From NCBI GenBank assembly GCA_964016885.1, contig OZ024740.1:196292001-196356000 (forward strand): a stretch of DNA of 64,000 nt, read 5' to 3'. Each line of letters starts with the position of its first letter. Position 1 is the first letter of the stretch. Under the pieces are notes generated by a model. The model saw nothing but the letters and a program-made list of their open reading frames with translations. It searched no databases and was not told the origin of the DNA. The position numbers were made by a program, and so were the translations under genes. Of the stretch, positions 1 to 14,033 are shown piece by piece. Source of the stretch: Eledone cirrhosa. Lineage: Eukaryota.

Positions 1-1
1 T

Positions 2-145
2 AACTCGGAGAATCCATTTGATTTCATGGAACATATCTCATTGGAAGGAAAAACTAATTTCTTTGAAAAAAGGGTTGGTGAATACCAAAAGATGGGTGTC
101 ATGTCTGGTTCAAGTCACACATTTACACTTGATGCTGACTTCTAA
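2..145 (+). CDS. RRM2: Ribonucleotide reductase small subunit, C-terminal coding end (gene starts upstream of window)
   Basis: Frame 2 reads [47 protein letters not shown], the conserved eukaryotic R2 tail including the FTLDADF R1-binding peptide; TAA at 143-145. Absent from the ORF track. Confidence 0.96.
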   Translation, partial: NSENPFDFMEHISLEGKTNFFEKRVGEYQKMGVMSGSSHTFTLDADF

Positions 146-246
146 ATATCTGGCCATTTCTAATTTATTTTTCCATATTGTACATAAAAAAGATTTGCTT
201 TAGAGTGATATGATTGTTAAGAGATTATTGGTGTAATCGGAATGTA

Positions 247-266
247 AATAAAATTCTTTCAATAAA
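247..266 (+). promoter_or_regulatory. Candidate polyadenylation signals of RRM2
   Basis: AATAAA at 247-252 and 261-266, about 100-120 nt after the stop, followed by T-rich sequence. Confidence 0.6.
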
Positions 267-601
267 TTATTTCTTTTATCACTTGGTCAACTCCATATTA
301 AAATGCTAATGTAAGTATATCTATGTATGTAACTGAACCTGGCAGCTATTCTCTCCACCTAATGGAATGAAATAAAATGTTGAAGACAGTTTTGGAGTGC
401 ATATGCCCCCCTTGTTTTGGAGCAAGGGGGCTGGTAGCCCCTTTAGTTTGGTAAGTTTTATAAGTCATATACATACAAGCCTGCGTTTGATGAGGTTGAT
501 AACCTGGTCAGCTTTCAGCCAGAGCTGTGGTGTTTAATCTCCCTAGGTAGTAAAATCTGGAGCCAGAATATCAACATCCTTACACTTAAATCTACATGCA
601 T

Positions 602-2478
602 ATCATCACCGTTTTATGTCCGTTCTTCCATGCTAGAATGGGTTGTCCTATTGTGGGCAGTGTCTGGTCGGCTGACCATACCTTGCTCATACGGGAACTG
701 ATTCTGGCTCGATTTCTACAGCTGAGTGTTTTTTTTTTTTTTGCTATGGCACCACCGTGACCACTTGGCAGTGGGAGCATATCGTTTATATGCTTCAGCG
801 TGTACCCATCGGGTCTTCTGTATTACTGTGCGACGTCACGGTCCTGTGTCATCACCTTTGAGAAGTGTAATTGGGTAAGGTTGGCTTTTATCACCTCATC
901 CCAGGTCTGCGGTTTCCATCGACTTCTAGTGCTCTGTACCTTTTTATGCAGCTGTCATCCTTCATATGCATCACATGTCCATACCAACGCAACTGCCTCT
1001 CCTGCACACGGCATTTGATTCCTTTTATGCTTTGCCATTCGCATATATTACTATTTATTACACATCCATCGGAACATGCAGGCTTTGTTTCTTGCTAATC
1101 TATGCAAGTCTTGCACAGACCACCCAGGTTTCCCTACCATGTAACATTGCTGTTCGTATACACATATAGTCTGCCTTTCATTTTGAGAGTAAAGCCTTTT
1201 GCAGCTGGCAGTAGCTCCCTGAACTTCTTCCATCCTGTTCTTACCCTAGTTATTGTATTTTCCAAACACCCACTGCTGCTAATTCGGTCAGCTAGGTAGC
1301 AGAAGCTGTCTACTGTTTCTCCAGAGTTTGGTGGTACTTGTTTCCTGTGGCTGCTTGTCTCAGCACAGCTGTTACATGTGAAGCCTACATTCTTAGTTAA
1401 GCTTCCTGAGATCCTGCTACATCTCTAGTGTACCCATTGTTTGCATTTGGGGCAGAGAATAGAGTTCTTACATACTGAGAAAGGCCATTTTTCCCTGAGG
1501 GGATCTGGGTTCTGTTTTCTTGTCTACTTACAAGGACCTCAGTCTTTGTCAGGTTGACTTTGAGACACTTGCTTCCAAGTTTGGAATTTCTTCTTTAGTT
1601 CTACCATAGATTCAACTATAAGTACGAGGTTATCTGCATACAGGAGTTCCCATGGGTATCTGGTCTTAAACTCCTCCGTTATTGCCTGCAGAACTGATGA
1701 ACAGGAGAGGGCTAAGAACAGAGCCTTGGTGGACACCGACCTGTACGCTAGTCATTGCTAATCCTAACTTTGCTGACTGCTCCCCTATACATGGCTTGTA
1801 CAGCTTTCACAAGCCATTCATCTACTAGTTTTCTAAGAGCTTACCTGATTATCGCACGGAACTTTGTCAAAGGCTTTCTTGAGATCAACGAATGCCAGGT
1901 AGAGTGGCTTACTTTTAGCTAGGTACTTTTCCTGTAACTGCCTCACAAGGAAGAGGGCATCAGTGGTACCTCATCCTGGCACAAACCCAAATTGCATCTC
2001 GTCTAGCTTCACTCTGTCCCTAATCAACTGCTATAACTCTTTCTGTTACTTTCATGACTTGGTCCATCAGCTTTATACCTCTATAGTTTCCTCTATCTAG
2101 TACATCACCTTTACCTTTGTAGCAGTTGACAATGATGCTACTGCACCAATCCTTTGGTATGACACCTAGTATTACCTGGTAAACAATACGTGTGGTTATG
2201 GTGTGACCTACCGACCCAGATGGCTTCAGCATCTCGGCAGCCGTACCGGTTGCCTTCCCTGTCTTCATATCTTTGATTGCCTTACTACGCTGCTGCTGGC
2301 CCCCTCTTTTGGGTAGGGTTTCTTTCCATGCATTCTACTCATTTAGTAATCTATCATGACTCTTCCACGCATCTTTCTTCTCAGCAATTGTGAGGGCAAG
2401 CTCACCTTTATCATTCCAGATACACTTCTCTCTGACACTGCCTTGCAATCTTGAACACCTGTTTCTGTTCTCACGTTG
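602..2478 (-). mobile_element. Degraded 5'-truncated RTE-clade LINE
   Basis: Fragments MKTGKA..AEMLK..YKGKGD..NYRGIKLMDQVMKVTERVI and LQAITEEFKT..PWELLYAD; colinear with the better copy at 39107-41412; many stops and frameshifts. Confidence 0.9.
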
Positions 2479-2877
2479 CGAAACATGCTTGATTTTCTAT
2501 CCTCATGTATAGATAAGAAATGTATAACCTGTAAAATAAGCCCCCCATATTAACTGTAAAACTAGAAATGTAGTGTATAGCATAAGATGTACTGAAGGAC
2601 AATGTAGAAACAAAAATATAGTGTACATAGGTGAGACAGCTCGTAGTATAGGGGAACGAATAAATGAACACTGGCGAGACCTTCAAGATAATAAAGAATC
2701 ATCTGTGCTCTACCAACATGCTAAGATAGAACACAGGGGTAGATTAGAGAACATAGAAATAAAAATAGAATCCACACACAGAAAAGATGCAATGTTTAGG
2801 CAAATTACAGAGGCAGTAAGCATAAAAGAATTACAACCAAAATTAAATAGAAAATATGAGTGGAACAGCAACATCAC

Positions 2878-3100
2878 AACTTACAATTAAGGACAAAATG
2901 AAAACACACATACACATAGAACAAACAACTTACAATTAAGGACAAAATGAAAACACACATACACATAGAACAAACAACTTACAATTAAGGACAAAATGAA
3001 AACACACATACACATAGAACAAACAACTTACAATTAAGGACAAAATGAAAACACACACAGGACAAAATGAAAACACACACACACATAGAACATACAACCA
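2878..3100. repeat. 49-bp tandem repeat, about 3.5 copies plus a degenerate unit
   Basis: ACAATTAAGGACAAAATGAAAACACACATACACATAGAACAAACAACTT starts at 2883, 2932, 2981 and 3030; it overlaps the GIY-YIG ORF stop. Confidence 0.92.
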
Positions 3101-3245
3101 ACCAACAATAAATAAATAAACAAATAGATAAATGAACACAGACACCCGGATGTGGCGCATGTGCAAACTGAGCACACAACACACAGAAACAAAATGGCGT
3201 AGGATAGAAGAAAGGAAAGGCACAGAAACAAAGAAAGGAATCCCC

Positions 3246-3290
3246 AGTCACTGAAGAGGTCACAGAGTGTGTGACGAAAGGACATTGACT
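3246..3290 (+). ncRNA. Minimal type I hammerhead ribozyme motif, probably inactivated
   Basis: AGTCA-CTGAAGA-G-GTCAC(agagtgt)GTGAC-GAAA-ggacat-TGACT. Stems I and II and the core are intact; the cleavage triplet reads CAT, lacking the U of NUH. Confidence 0.7.
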
Positions 3291-3512
3291 ATATATAAAC
3301 AACTATCTGGTTGTGGAACCAACCAACCAACCAGAAATTTATAAGTTTGTAGATTTGTAAATTTATAAATTTATAAATATATAATAAATTGAAGTGAAAG
3401 CAACTGGTGCGTGTGTTTCTTATTGGCAACATGACCCTCCCAAAGTATAACAATATCGGTTTCAACACACGATTTCAGATAAAGAATCTTGCTAAACAAA
3501 TTCAGAAACGAA

Positions 3513-3807
3513 ATATATATATATACATATATATATATATAAATAAATATATATATACATAAATATATATATACATATATAAATATATGTATATATAAAT
3601 CTATATATATAAATATATATATATATATATAAATATATATATACATAAATCTACATATATATATATATAAATCAACATATATATATATATAAATCTACAT
3701 ATATATATATATAAATCTACATATATATAAATCTACATATATATATGTATAAGTCTATATATATATATATATATATAAATCTACATATATATATATATAA
3801 ATCTACA
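3513..3807. repeat. Compound microsatellite (TA)n interrupted by AAATCTACA
   Basis: Repeated tatata-AAATCTACA-tatata; the same motif recurs in about ten blocks up to 17685. Confidence 0.95.
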
Positions 3808-3950
3808 TCATCATCATCATCATTTTACGTCCACTTTTCCCTGCTTGCAAGGGTGGGACGGGAACTGATTCTGGCTTGATTTCTACAGCTGGATGCCCTT
3901 CCTAACACCAGCCTCATTTACAGTGAATGCTGGGTGTTTTTTTTCCGTGG
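3808..3950 (-). mobile_element. 3' tail of CORE-type SINE (partial)
   Basis: Near-identical to about 4640-4755; (CAT)n tail on the + strand. Confidence 0.85.
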
Positions 3951-4069
3951 TTATAAGAGGCTTAGCTCTGTTTCTCGACCGTTATATCGCGTGACTATCT
4001 CCCCCTCCGCCTTTTGGGATTCTTTCTCACGTCGTGTAGACGCGTTCTTGAGACTAGTAAAATGAGGTA

Positions 4070-4159
4070 TCCTCTTGATAAGTCGGCAGACCTCGCAGGG
4101 ACTCTATATCTTTATGATATATTGTTTTTGTTTATGCCACGAAACTACGTAGTCGAGGA
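4070..4159 (+). ncRNA. Degenerate type I hammerhead motif with long stem II
   Basis: TCCTC-TTGATAA-GT(c)GGCA...TGCCAC-GAAA-CTACGTAG-TC-GAGGA. Palindromic stem III, GUC triplet; core differs from CTGATGA by two transitions. Confidence 0.62.
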
Positions 4160-4532
4160 ATTTAGGAGCAGTTTAGGTATGATACATTTTATTACTAATT
4201 ATATCTAAATGTTTCTTCTCTCTTCATAATGTATTTTTAACTCTGATACTGGTTCAGTCTAGTTCAACTGAATTGGTCTGTCCCGGTCATTCATTGAGCA
4301 ACATCGGTGAAGTTGGCACCCTTAACTCACAGTTGGGTGCGGATGCATTCATGTATATATGTGTGTGTCCGCATGTATCTGTGTGTTTCTAAATATATAT
4401 TTATATATATATATATATGTAGATTTATATATATATATTTATATATATATATATATATGTAGATTTATATATATATATATATATATGTATGTAGATTTAT
4501 ATATATATATATATAGATATATAAATCTACTT

Positions 4533-4563
<31 letters not shown>

Positions 4564-4604
4564 AATATAAATCTACATATATATAAATATATATATATAT
4601 ATCA

Positions 4605-4999
4605 TTCATCATCATCATTATTTCATTTTTCACATCAGCTTTTCCCTGCTTGCAAGGGTGGGACGGGAACTGATTCTGGCTTGATTTCTACAGCTGGATG
4701 CCCTTCCTAACACCAACCTCATTTACAGTGAATGCTGGGTGTTTTTTTTCCGTGGCGCCTACACGTCCACTTTACAGTGTGGGCTGGGTGCTTTTTTGCT
4801 GTGGCACCTCCACGACCACTCTACAGTGGAATGATATGGACCCCAGTCCCTATCATCTCATTTCTACAGCTGAGTAAACTGGAGCAATGTGAAATAAAGT
4901 GCCTTGCTCAAGGAAACAACACATCACCCAGTCTGAGAATTGAACTCACAACCTTTCGATTGCAAGGCCAATGCTCTAACCACTAAGCTATGTGCCTCC
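4605..4999 (-). mobile_element. Full-length tRNA-derived CORE-type SINE with RTE-like tail
   Basis: Minus strand: A box (tagcttagtgg), B box (gagttcaattct), CORE-like ccttgagcaaggcacttt...ctcagctgtagaaatg, RTE-like 3' tail ending in (GAT)n. Confidence 0.85.
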
Positions 5000-5007
5000 A
5001 CATGATG

Positions 5008-5742
<735 letters not shown>

Positions 5743-5772
5743 TATATATATATATATATATATATATAAATC

Positions 5773-5821
<49 letters not shown>

Positions 5822-5890
5822 CTACATATATATATATAAATCTACATATATATATATATATATAAATCTACATATATATATATATATATA

Positions 5891-6142
5891 TTGTTATACT
5901 TGGGGAGGGTCATATTTGTGTAATATTGCCAGAATTAATAACAGAACACACTCACTGTTTGGTTGGTTTTCGCTTCTCGCTGTCTTTTATATCTGCGATC
6001 TAACTTAATCGGTCCTCAATGTTGCCATTGTGTTCTGTTATTAATTCTGGCAATATTACACAAATATGACCCTCCCCAAGTATGACAACATTTGTTTCGA
6101 CACACGATTTCATATAAAAAACCTCGCTAAACTAATAAAAAA
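5891..6142 (+). mobile_element. Solo Penelope pLTR tail with 60-bp fold-back
   Basis: 5891-5950 is the reverse complement of 6029-6088 (one mismatch); the right part MTLPKYDNICFDTRFHIKNLAK is homologous to 3431-3510. Confidence 0.78.
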
Positions 6143-6210
6143 TATATATATATTTATATATATATATATATGTAGATTTATATATATATATTTATATATA
6201 TATATATATT

Positions 6211-6945
6211 CTAGCGACTGAAAGAAACGTCGGCACGTTATGTATCAAGGAAGCGCTTTTTATCAAACGACTGCAACCGCAAATAAACAACCGATCAGAG
6301 AGAAGCGAAATGAGATGGCTGGTTTAAGTTAACAAGCGATGCAACAACACACAACACACACACACACACGCAAACGAGACAACTACACACACACACACAG
6401 TAGCATTCCACCATACGATCATACTACACTGCCAATACAGAGGAACAAGGCAACAACACATGCACACACACACACACACTCAAGCGAGACAACAACACAC
6501 ACAGTAACATTTAACAAACAGGCAGAGAATGGACTGACAGCTAGCGCCATCCCACTCCCTCATTCAGCCACTGACCTCTGTACGACCGACCCCATTTCAC
6601 GCGGACGCGCGCTCTGCCGAATACCTCAGATATTCAAAACAACAAACAGCGAAGGACGCGTTCCGCACTTGTCCGACAGACAACCTTTCCCCCACCCCGG
6701 AAAAAAACCCCAGTTGATGGATGTGAATCCGAAATATATAGGGACTATTAAATCTCCCCCAAGGTAACTCTCTCTTGTGTTGTTATTTTATCCTTTATAC
6801 TCTTCCCTTCATTCTACACATCTCACACATCTTATACACACCACGCATCTCAACGTACACCCACTTACATCTCTCTCTCCACCACCGGACCTTGTTACCC
6901 GGAGATTTACCCATTTGCATTGTCGAGGCTTCCAAACGACTTAAA
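6211..6945 (+). mobile_element. 3' fragment of a second Penelope-like family
   Basis: 6211-6327 reads LATERNVGTLCIKEALFIKRLQPQINNRSERSEMRWLV* (GIY-YIG C-terminus); degenerate hammerhead CCC-CAGTTGA-T-GGAT(gtga)ATCC-GAAA-TATA-TA-GGG at 6708-6743; flanked by (TA)n. Confidence 0.8.
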
Positions 6946-7007
6946 GATATATATATGTAGATTTATATATATATATATATATATATATATGTAGATTTAT
7001 ATATATA

Positions 7008-8285
<1,278 letters not shown>

Positions 8286-8372
8286 TAACTCTACATATAT
8301 ATATATATAAATATATATATATATAAATCTACATATATATGTATATAAATGTATATATATATATAAATCTAC

Positions 8373-8403
<31 letters not shown>

Positions 8404-8428
8404 AATCTACATATATATATAAATCTGG

Positions 8429-8505
<77 letters not shown>

Positions 8506-8509
<4 letters not shown>

Positions 8510-11500
8510 TAAAAGGAAAAGAAAATGCTGACAAATTGTTCCCAGTGAAAAATAGTTTAATTAGGAATAAGTAAAAATTAGTAATAAGTATTGGTTAGTA
8601 TTCAGTTTTGGTTTTAAGTTTTTACCGGTTGCGCATTTCTAATGCTTTTCAAAAATAATTTTGAGATAGAGCGCCCGTGATGTTTGCTCCAATCTGATTA
8701 GTTTTGGAAATTCTACCTGTTTTATGTGAAAAAAGTGGCTCCAGATGTATTAAAATAAGTTTTGCGCCAATTCGTATTGCAAAAATTCTTGTGGTCAAAA
8801 CAATTTTGATTGGTCGGTAGAGGTCATGTGAATGTTAAAAATTGATTTCGCGCCAAATGTAGGTTTGTCTCGGCTGATTGAGAAGTCACTGAAAAATAAG
8901 TCTTTTAAGACAAATATGTGTGTGTGTGTGTGTAGTAGTAAAGATAACCCGTTCATAAAAATAGGAAAACCGATAACCGAACCGCACAACAACTTCGCAA
9001 ACCCCCAAGCCACTAACAAAAGAAGAAGGAAGCACCACACCGAAGATGAACTTCCCAACCTCGCTACCATAAGAAGGAACAAAAACCCTAGAAATCATCA
9101 CCCCTAGAATGACATTTACAACTCTCCCCCTTCAAGGAGACACCATACCAAATGACTCAACTACTACGCGGATGCCTCATCGTCAAACATAGGGAAAAGA
9201 TACCACCACCATGATAGATGTAACAACTTCCCCGCTTCAAGGGAACAGCAATGTAATTTCCATTTTCTCAACTCTCGCTTTCACAATACACAACAAATCC
9301 ACACCACACGATACAACCAACAACGTAGGCCACCTATAACACCACAATCCAACATGGCACATAGAAACACACACCCATACTCGCAATACAGGAACACCCC
9401 ATTCAATCTACAACCACGAACCCGAACCACATTTTACAACAACAAGGAATATAACAAACACAGAAGACCACTTAATATCAGCAGACAACCCCTCTACCCC
9501 AACCATTTTTTAGACACAGCACACAGATACAGGCAAACAAAATAACACAAGACAGGGAGGAGAAACCGAGAGTAATAAAAATTATCAATCTAACTAGTGC
9601 AGAACCAACACCCAACCTTATCAACTTACTCTCCAAAGGTCTTAAATTCACACCAACCCCACTACGTCCTAACTACTATGAAATGAAGGAAGACATCACA
9701 GACTTCTGTAGAAAGTTACGACTCAGTGAACAACTATTCGACCAGTACAATGAGGATGAATCATTAGCCAGAAATAGAAGCAACTACACCCCATCAAAAG
9801 GTAGAAATAAAATCCTGGACGAATTCTGTGAACACATCACAAACTTCCCTTACCAACACTTGCACAGACAAAAACACAAGCCAAACCTCAACAAGAAAGA
9901 ATGGGAAGAATTAAATAGATTAAAAACCGACAGAACCATTACAATTAAAGAGGATGATAAAGGGAGTACAGTAGTCCTAATGGAGACAGAATTCTATATC
10001 AACTTAGCGCTCTTCACTTTGGAAAACGAAACATACTACGAAAAGGCTGAACACTACAATCAACAGAAAATTATGAGAAACCTAAAATCTCTGATCAACC
10101 AATACAAAGAAGGACTCACTAACAAGGAATTCAGCTTCATCACAGACTTCACAAGTAAATCCAACCTTTTCTACGGTATCCCTAAAGTACATAAAAGCGA
10201 ATTAATAAGTAAGGCATGCAAGGAAGCCACAGACATAGTCATCAATGTCCCCTCACCCAATGATCTCAAATTAAGACCTATAATAGTAGGCCCCGCTTGC
10301 GAAACCCACCGCCTTAGCAACTTCATTGATACCCTTCCCAAGCCTTTTCTCAAACACATCAAAAGTTATATAAGGGACGACCTAGATATGCTCAATCACC
10401 TCCCTAATATGCCACTTTCTGAACAAACCCTACTAGTGACGTTCGATGTAGTCAACCTATACTCCAACATCCCCCACAACCTAGGAATAGAAGCTATCCA
10501 ATTCTGGCTGGATAATTTCCACAATGAACTCCCACAACGCATCAAAAAAGAATTCGTGATAGAGGGACTCAAATTTATCTTGGAGAACAATTACTTCGTT
10601 TTCAATAACAAATCCTACAGGCAGAAATCTGGGACCGCTATGGGAACGAAAACAGCCCCCACTTATGCCAACCTAGTCATGGGATACCTGGAAATCACCC
10701 TCTACACTAAAGTACTAAACAAATTTGGAAACACTCTCCACTTACACATTGAAAGGAACTGGAAGCGATATCTAGATGACTGCTTCATCCTTTGGCACGA
10801 AAACATCGAAAAACCTAAAGAATTTCACACCCTTATAAATGGGTTCAACACGAATATTAACTTTACGATGGAATACATCCATCAACAACCCCCCTTCCTC
10901 GAGATCCTCATTAAGATTCATAACAAAAAAATATAAACAGACATATACTACAAGCCCACAGACTCCAAGCAATATCTTCCTTTCAACTCTTGCCACCCTA
11001 GACACGTTAAAATTAATATTCCCTACAACTTAGCCAAGAGAATCTGTACTATAGTCTCCAATAAAAACACCTGTTACTTACGGCTACAAGAACTAAAGGA
11101 CACACTCATAGGCAGGGACTACCCTGCATCACTAATTGACAATGGAATCCAACGTGCCCTAAAACTCAGTACCCAGGACCTTAGACACCCTAAAGTAAAT
11201 CAACTGAAACTAAAAGCTCTTCCATACATCTCCACAAACAACCCCCTTAACAATGAGGCCTTTGACACCATCCCCCAGAACATCCCTGTGTTAAAAAAGG
11301 ACCACAGAATGAACCAAATCCTACGAACACACGATATCATAAAGAGTAAAAGACAATCTAAGTCAATGAAAAACATCCTAACACATGCCAAAGTACTGCC
11401 AACCACAACGAAACCCACAGTACTTGCAGTACATACAATCTGGACACTCACACACACCTTGGTGTTATGACAATACTATATATCATTTCACACCTTTTAT

Positions 11501-11935
11501 TATTAAGGTTTTTGATGTTCTATTGAGAGAATCGTTTTTACTGAAAATATCGAATAATGTACACCATCTTTACCAGTATCACAAAAATACTGGTCCACCC
11601 ACCCACATACACACACACACACATATATATACACACACGTACACTAACATACAAAGAGACATATATACATACACACACACACACTTCTCCGTATAAGACA
11701 AGAGCTGAAAATATTTTTTAACATGTTAAAATATCCCCCACACACGTACAGACACATTCCTACTGACTGATCCCTCTACCACGAGTTACTCTGCTACACA
11801 CACACACACATACACACGCACACACACTTGTCTTAATAGGCACTTGAACTGTTGACCTGTCAATATCACTGCAATTCACACACACATCCCTATTGACCAT
11901 TATCACAACAATGAACCTCTTTACTACTACTACTA

Positions 11936-12007
<72 letters not shown>

Positions 12008-12415
12008 TTGTCTTAAAAGACTTATTTTTCAGTGACTTCTCAATCAGCTGAGACAAACCTACATTTGGCGCAAAATCAATTTTTAACATTCACATGACCC
12101 GTACCGACCAATCAAAATTGTTTTGACCACAAGAATTTTTGCAACACGAATTGGCGCAAAACTTATTTTAATACATCTGGAGCCACTTTTTTCACATAAA
12201 ACAGGTAGAATTTCCAAAACTAATCAGATCAGAGCAAACATCACGGGCGCTCTATCTCAAAATTATTTTTGAAAAGCATTAGAAATGCGCAACCGGTAAA
12301 AACTTAAAACCAAAACTGAATACTAACCAATACTTATTGCTAATTTTTACTTATTCCTAATTAAACTATTTTTCTCTGGGAACAATTTGTCAGCATTTTA
12401 TTTTCCTTTTACCAA
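8506..12415 (+). mobile_element. Penelope-like (Neptune-type) retroelement bounded by long inverted repeats
   Basis: 8506-8944 is the reverse complement of 11918-12415 (about 10 substitutions by eye, plus microsatellite length differences); the arms enclose a PLE RT frame. Confidence 0.88.
9570..11470 (+). pseudogene. Penelope-like reverse transcriptase with one in-frame stop and no GIY-YIG domain
   Basis: IINLTS...LLSKGLKFTPTP, FYGIPKVHK, LRPIIVG, LVTFDVVNLYSNIP, YRQKSGTAMGT, WKRYLDDCF; TAA at 10934-10936, then in the same frame TDIYYKPTDSKQYLPFNSCHPRHVKINIPYNLAKRI...MKNILTHAK; ends 11470. Confidence 0.92.
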
Positions 12416-12750
12416 TATATCATAACTCGTGTGTTACACCTCTATTCTTTTAAATATCATCATCATCATCATCATCATCAACGTTTAACGTCCGTGTTCC
12501 ACGCTTGCATGGGTTTGGACGGGGGTAGTCCCACTTGAGGCAAGAGTGATTGTCTTGCTCGCATAGGACTGATATATATATATATATATATATATAAATC
12601 TACACATATATATATAAATATAAATTACCGAGAATCGTATTTCGGCTTAGGAATTAACGAAAAACAACTTCCGAGATGTGTGGCAAGCGCTCGATGATTC
12701 AGATGAACCAGAGCTACAACATACGTTAAAGGCAAAACACACTGAGACGA

Positions 12751-13600
12751 TAAATACATTATCGGAGGAAGCTAATAGCGATACTCCGGCCAAATCCTAA
12801 CTCACTCAACAAACATTAGGAAATAAGTGAGTATATTCCTAATTAAACGTTCGGGGTGCTAACTAATTGTATTGTGTGGAAAATTGGCTGTATTATTTCA
12901 TATGAGATATATCAAATATATCACTTCCAAGACGGACGTCTCGTTTCAGTATAAGATTCCAACAAGTTAGGTGAAATTATACCAATTTATGTAGAAGCTT
13001 GTATAAGATCAACAGATACTTATTCAAGTGAGCTCTTATAATTCTTCAGTGGGTGCCCAATAACATTAATATTGATAGTCAAATCAACATCAATATTTAG
13101 CGATAATCACCATCAGTGCTTGAGGGAGCTGTTAGGTTGCTAGCCCAGCAGTTCTAAAGAAATTCTCATACTGTCTCAAAAAAAGAGGAAGGAGAATTAC
13201 CACCAAAAAACAATACATGCGCAGGACAATGAATTCTAAGAGGAATTCAAGCCGTGTGCTAGAACTCAATTGGAATTTGAAAAAATACCCATATGTGTAC
13301 ATCATTTGATAACACACATAGATATTTTCTCGGGCAAAATAACAGAATGAGATACAAGAAACAATCAATATTCATATATAAAAATAAACAAAGAGAGTCA
13401 TACCTTATATCGGGAAGTTCATATCCATTGCACCAAGAGTAAATATATAAATACATTATCAGAGAAAGCTAATAGCGATACTCCGGCCAAATCCCAACTC
13501 ACTCAACAAACATTAGGAAATAAGTGAATATATTCCTAATTAAACGTTCGGGGTGCTAACTAATTGTATTGTGTGGAAAATTGGCTGTATTATTTCATAT
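12751..13600 (+). repeat. 153-bp direct repeats (12751-12903 and 13448-13600), probably pLTRs of a deleted Penelope-like element
   Basis: Repeats seen directly with few mismatches; the left copy carries a decayed hammerhead-like string CGGAGGA-A-GCT(aat)AGC-GATA. The PLE assignment is inference. Confidence 0.6.
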
Positions 13601-13623
13601 ATATAAATCTACATATATATATA

Positions 13624-13960
13624 TGGCTTAGTGGCTAGAGCATTGGCCTTGCAATCGAAAGGTTGTGAGTTCAATTCTCAGACCGGGTGATGTGTTGTTT
13701 CCTTGAGCAAGACACTTTATTTCACATTGCTCCAGTTTACTCAGCTGTAGAAATGAGATGATAGGGACTGGGGTCCATATCATTCCACTGCAAAGTGGTC
13801 GTGGAGGTTTCACGGCAAAAAGCACCCAGCACTCACTGTAAATGAGGTTGGTGTTAGGAAGGGCATCCAGCTGTAGAAATCAAGCCAGAATCAGTTCCCG
13901 TCCCACCCTTGCAAGCAGGGAAAAAGCGGACGTAAAATGAAATGATGATGATGAATGATG
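13624..13960 (+). mobile_element. tRNA-derived CORE-type SINE (same family as 4605-4999)
   Basis: TGGCTTAGTGG A box, GAGTTCAATTCT B box, CORE-like middle, (GAT)n tail; its 3' part recurs at 17522-17657. Confidence 0.87.
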
Positions 13961-14033
13961 ATATATATATAAATCTACATATATATATATTAATTCAAAA
14001 TATTAACAAAATAGATATTCTTGTGATCAATTA

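Larger units (their letters stand above)
2500..3512 (+). mobile_element. 3' fragment of a Penelope-like element (GIY-YIG endonuclease plus pLTR)
   Basis: NCKTRNVVYSIRC...VYIGETARSIGERINEH...FRQITEAVSIKELQPKLN (ORF 2573-2890); then a hammerhead-like motif (3246-3290) and an ATG-initiated tail [22 protein letters not shown] running into (TA)n. Confidence 0.88.

Noticed and set aside
18-203. ORF-track 61-aa ORF
   Set aside because: Wrong frame; the real coding frame is RRM2 at 2-145.
405-431. GC hairpin GCCCCCCTTGTTTTGGAGCAAGGGGGC after RRM2
   Set aside because: Isolated short hairpin beyond the likely poly(A) signals, with no family motif.
8873-8920. Hammerhead-like AGTCACTGAAAA...GTCTT-AAGAC-AAA in the inverted arm
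   Set aside because: Lacks both CUGANGA and GAAA, and has no stem I partner.
10934-10936. In-frame stop in the PLE RT as possible selenocysteine or readthrough
   Set aside because: The codon is TAA, not TGA, and no SECIS-like fold was recognised; a point mutation is simpler. The TAG at 40400-40402 in the RTE is likewise a TGG mutation.
13624-13700. tRNA-like A/B boxes (also near 4930-4999, 22829-22925 and 38427-38495)
   Set aside because: These are SINE heads continuing into SINE bodies, with no complete cloverleaf.
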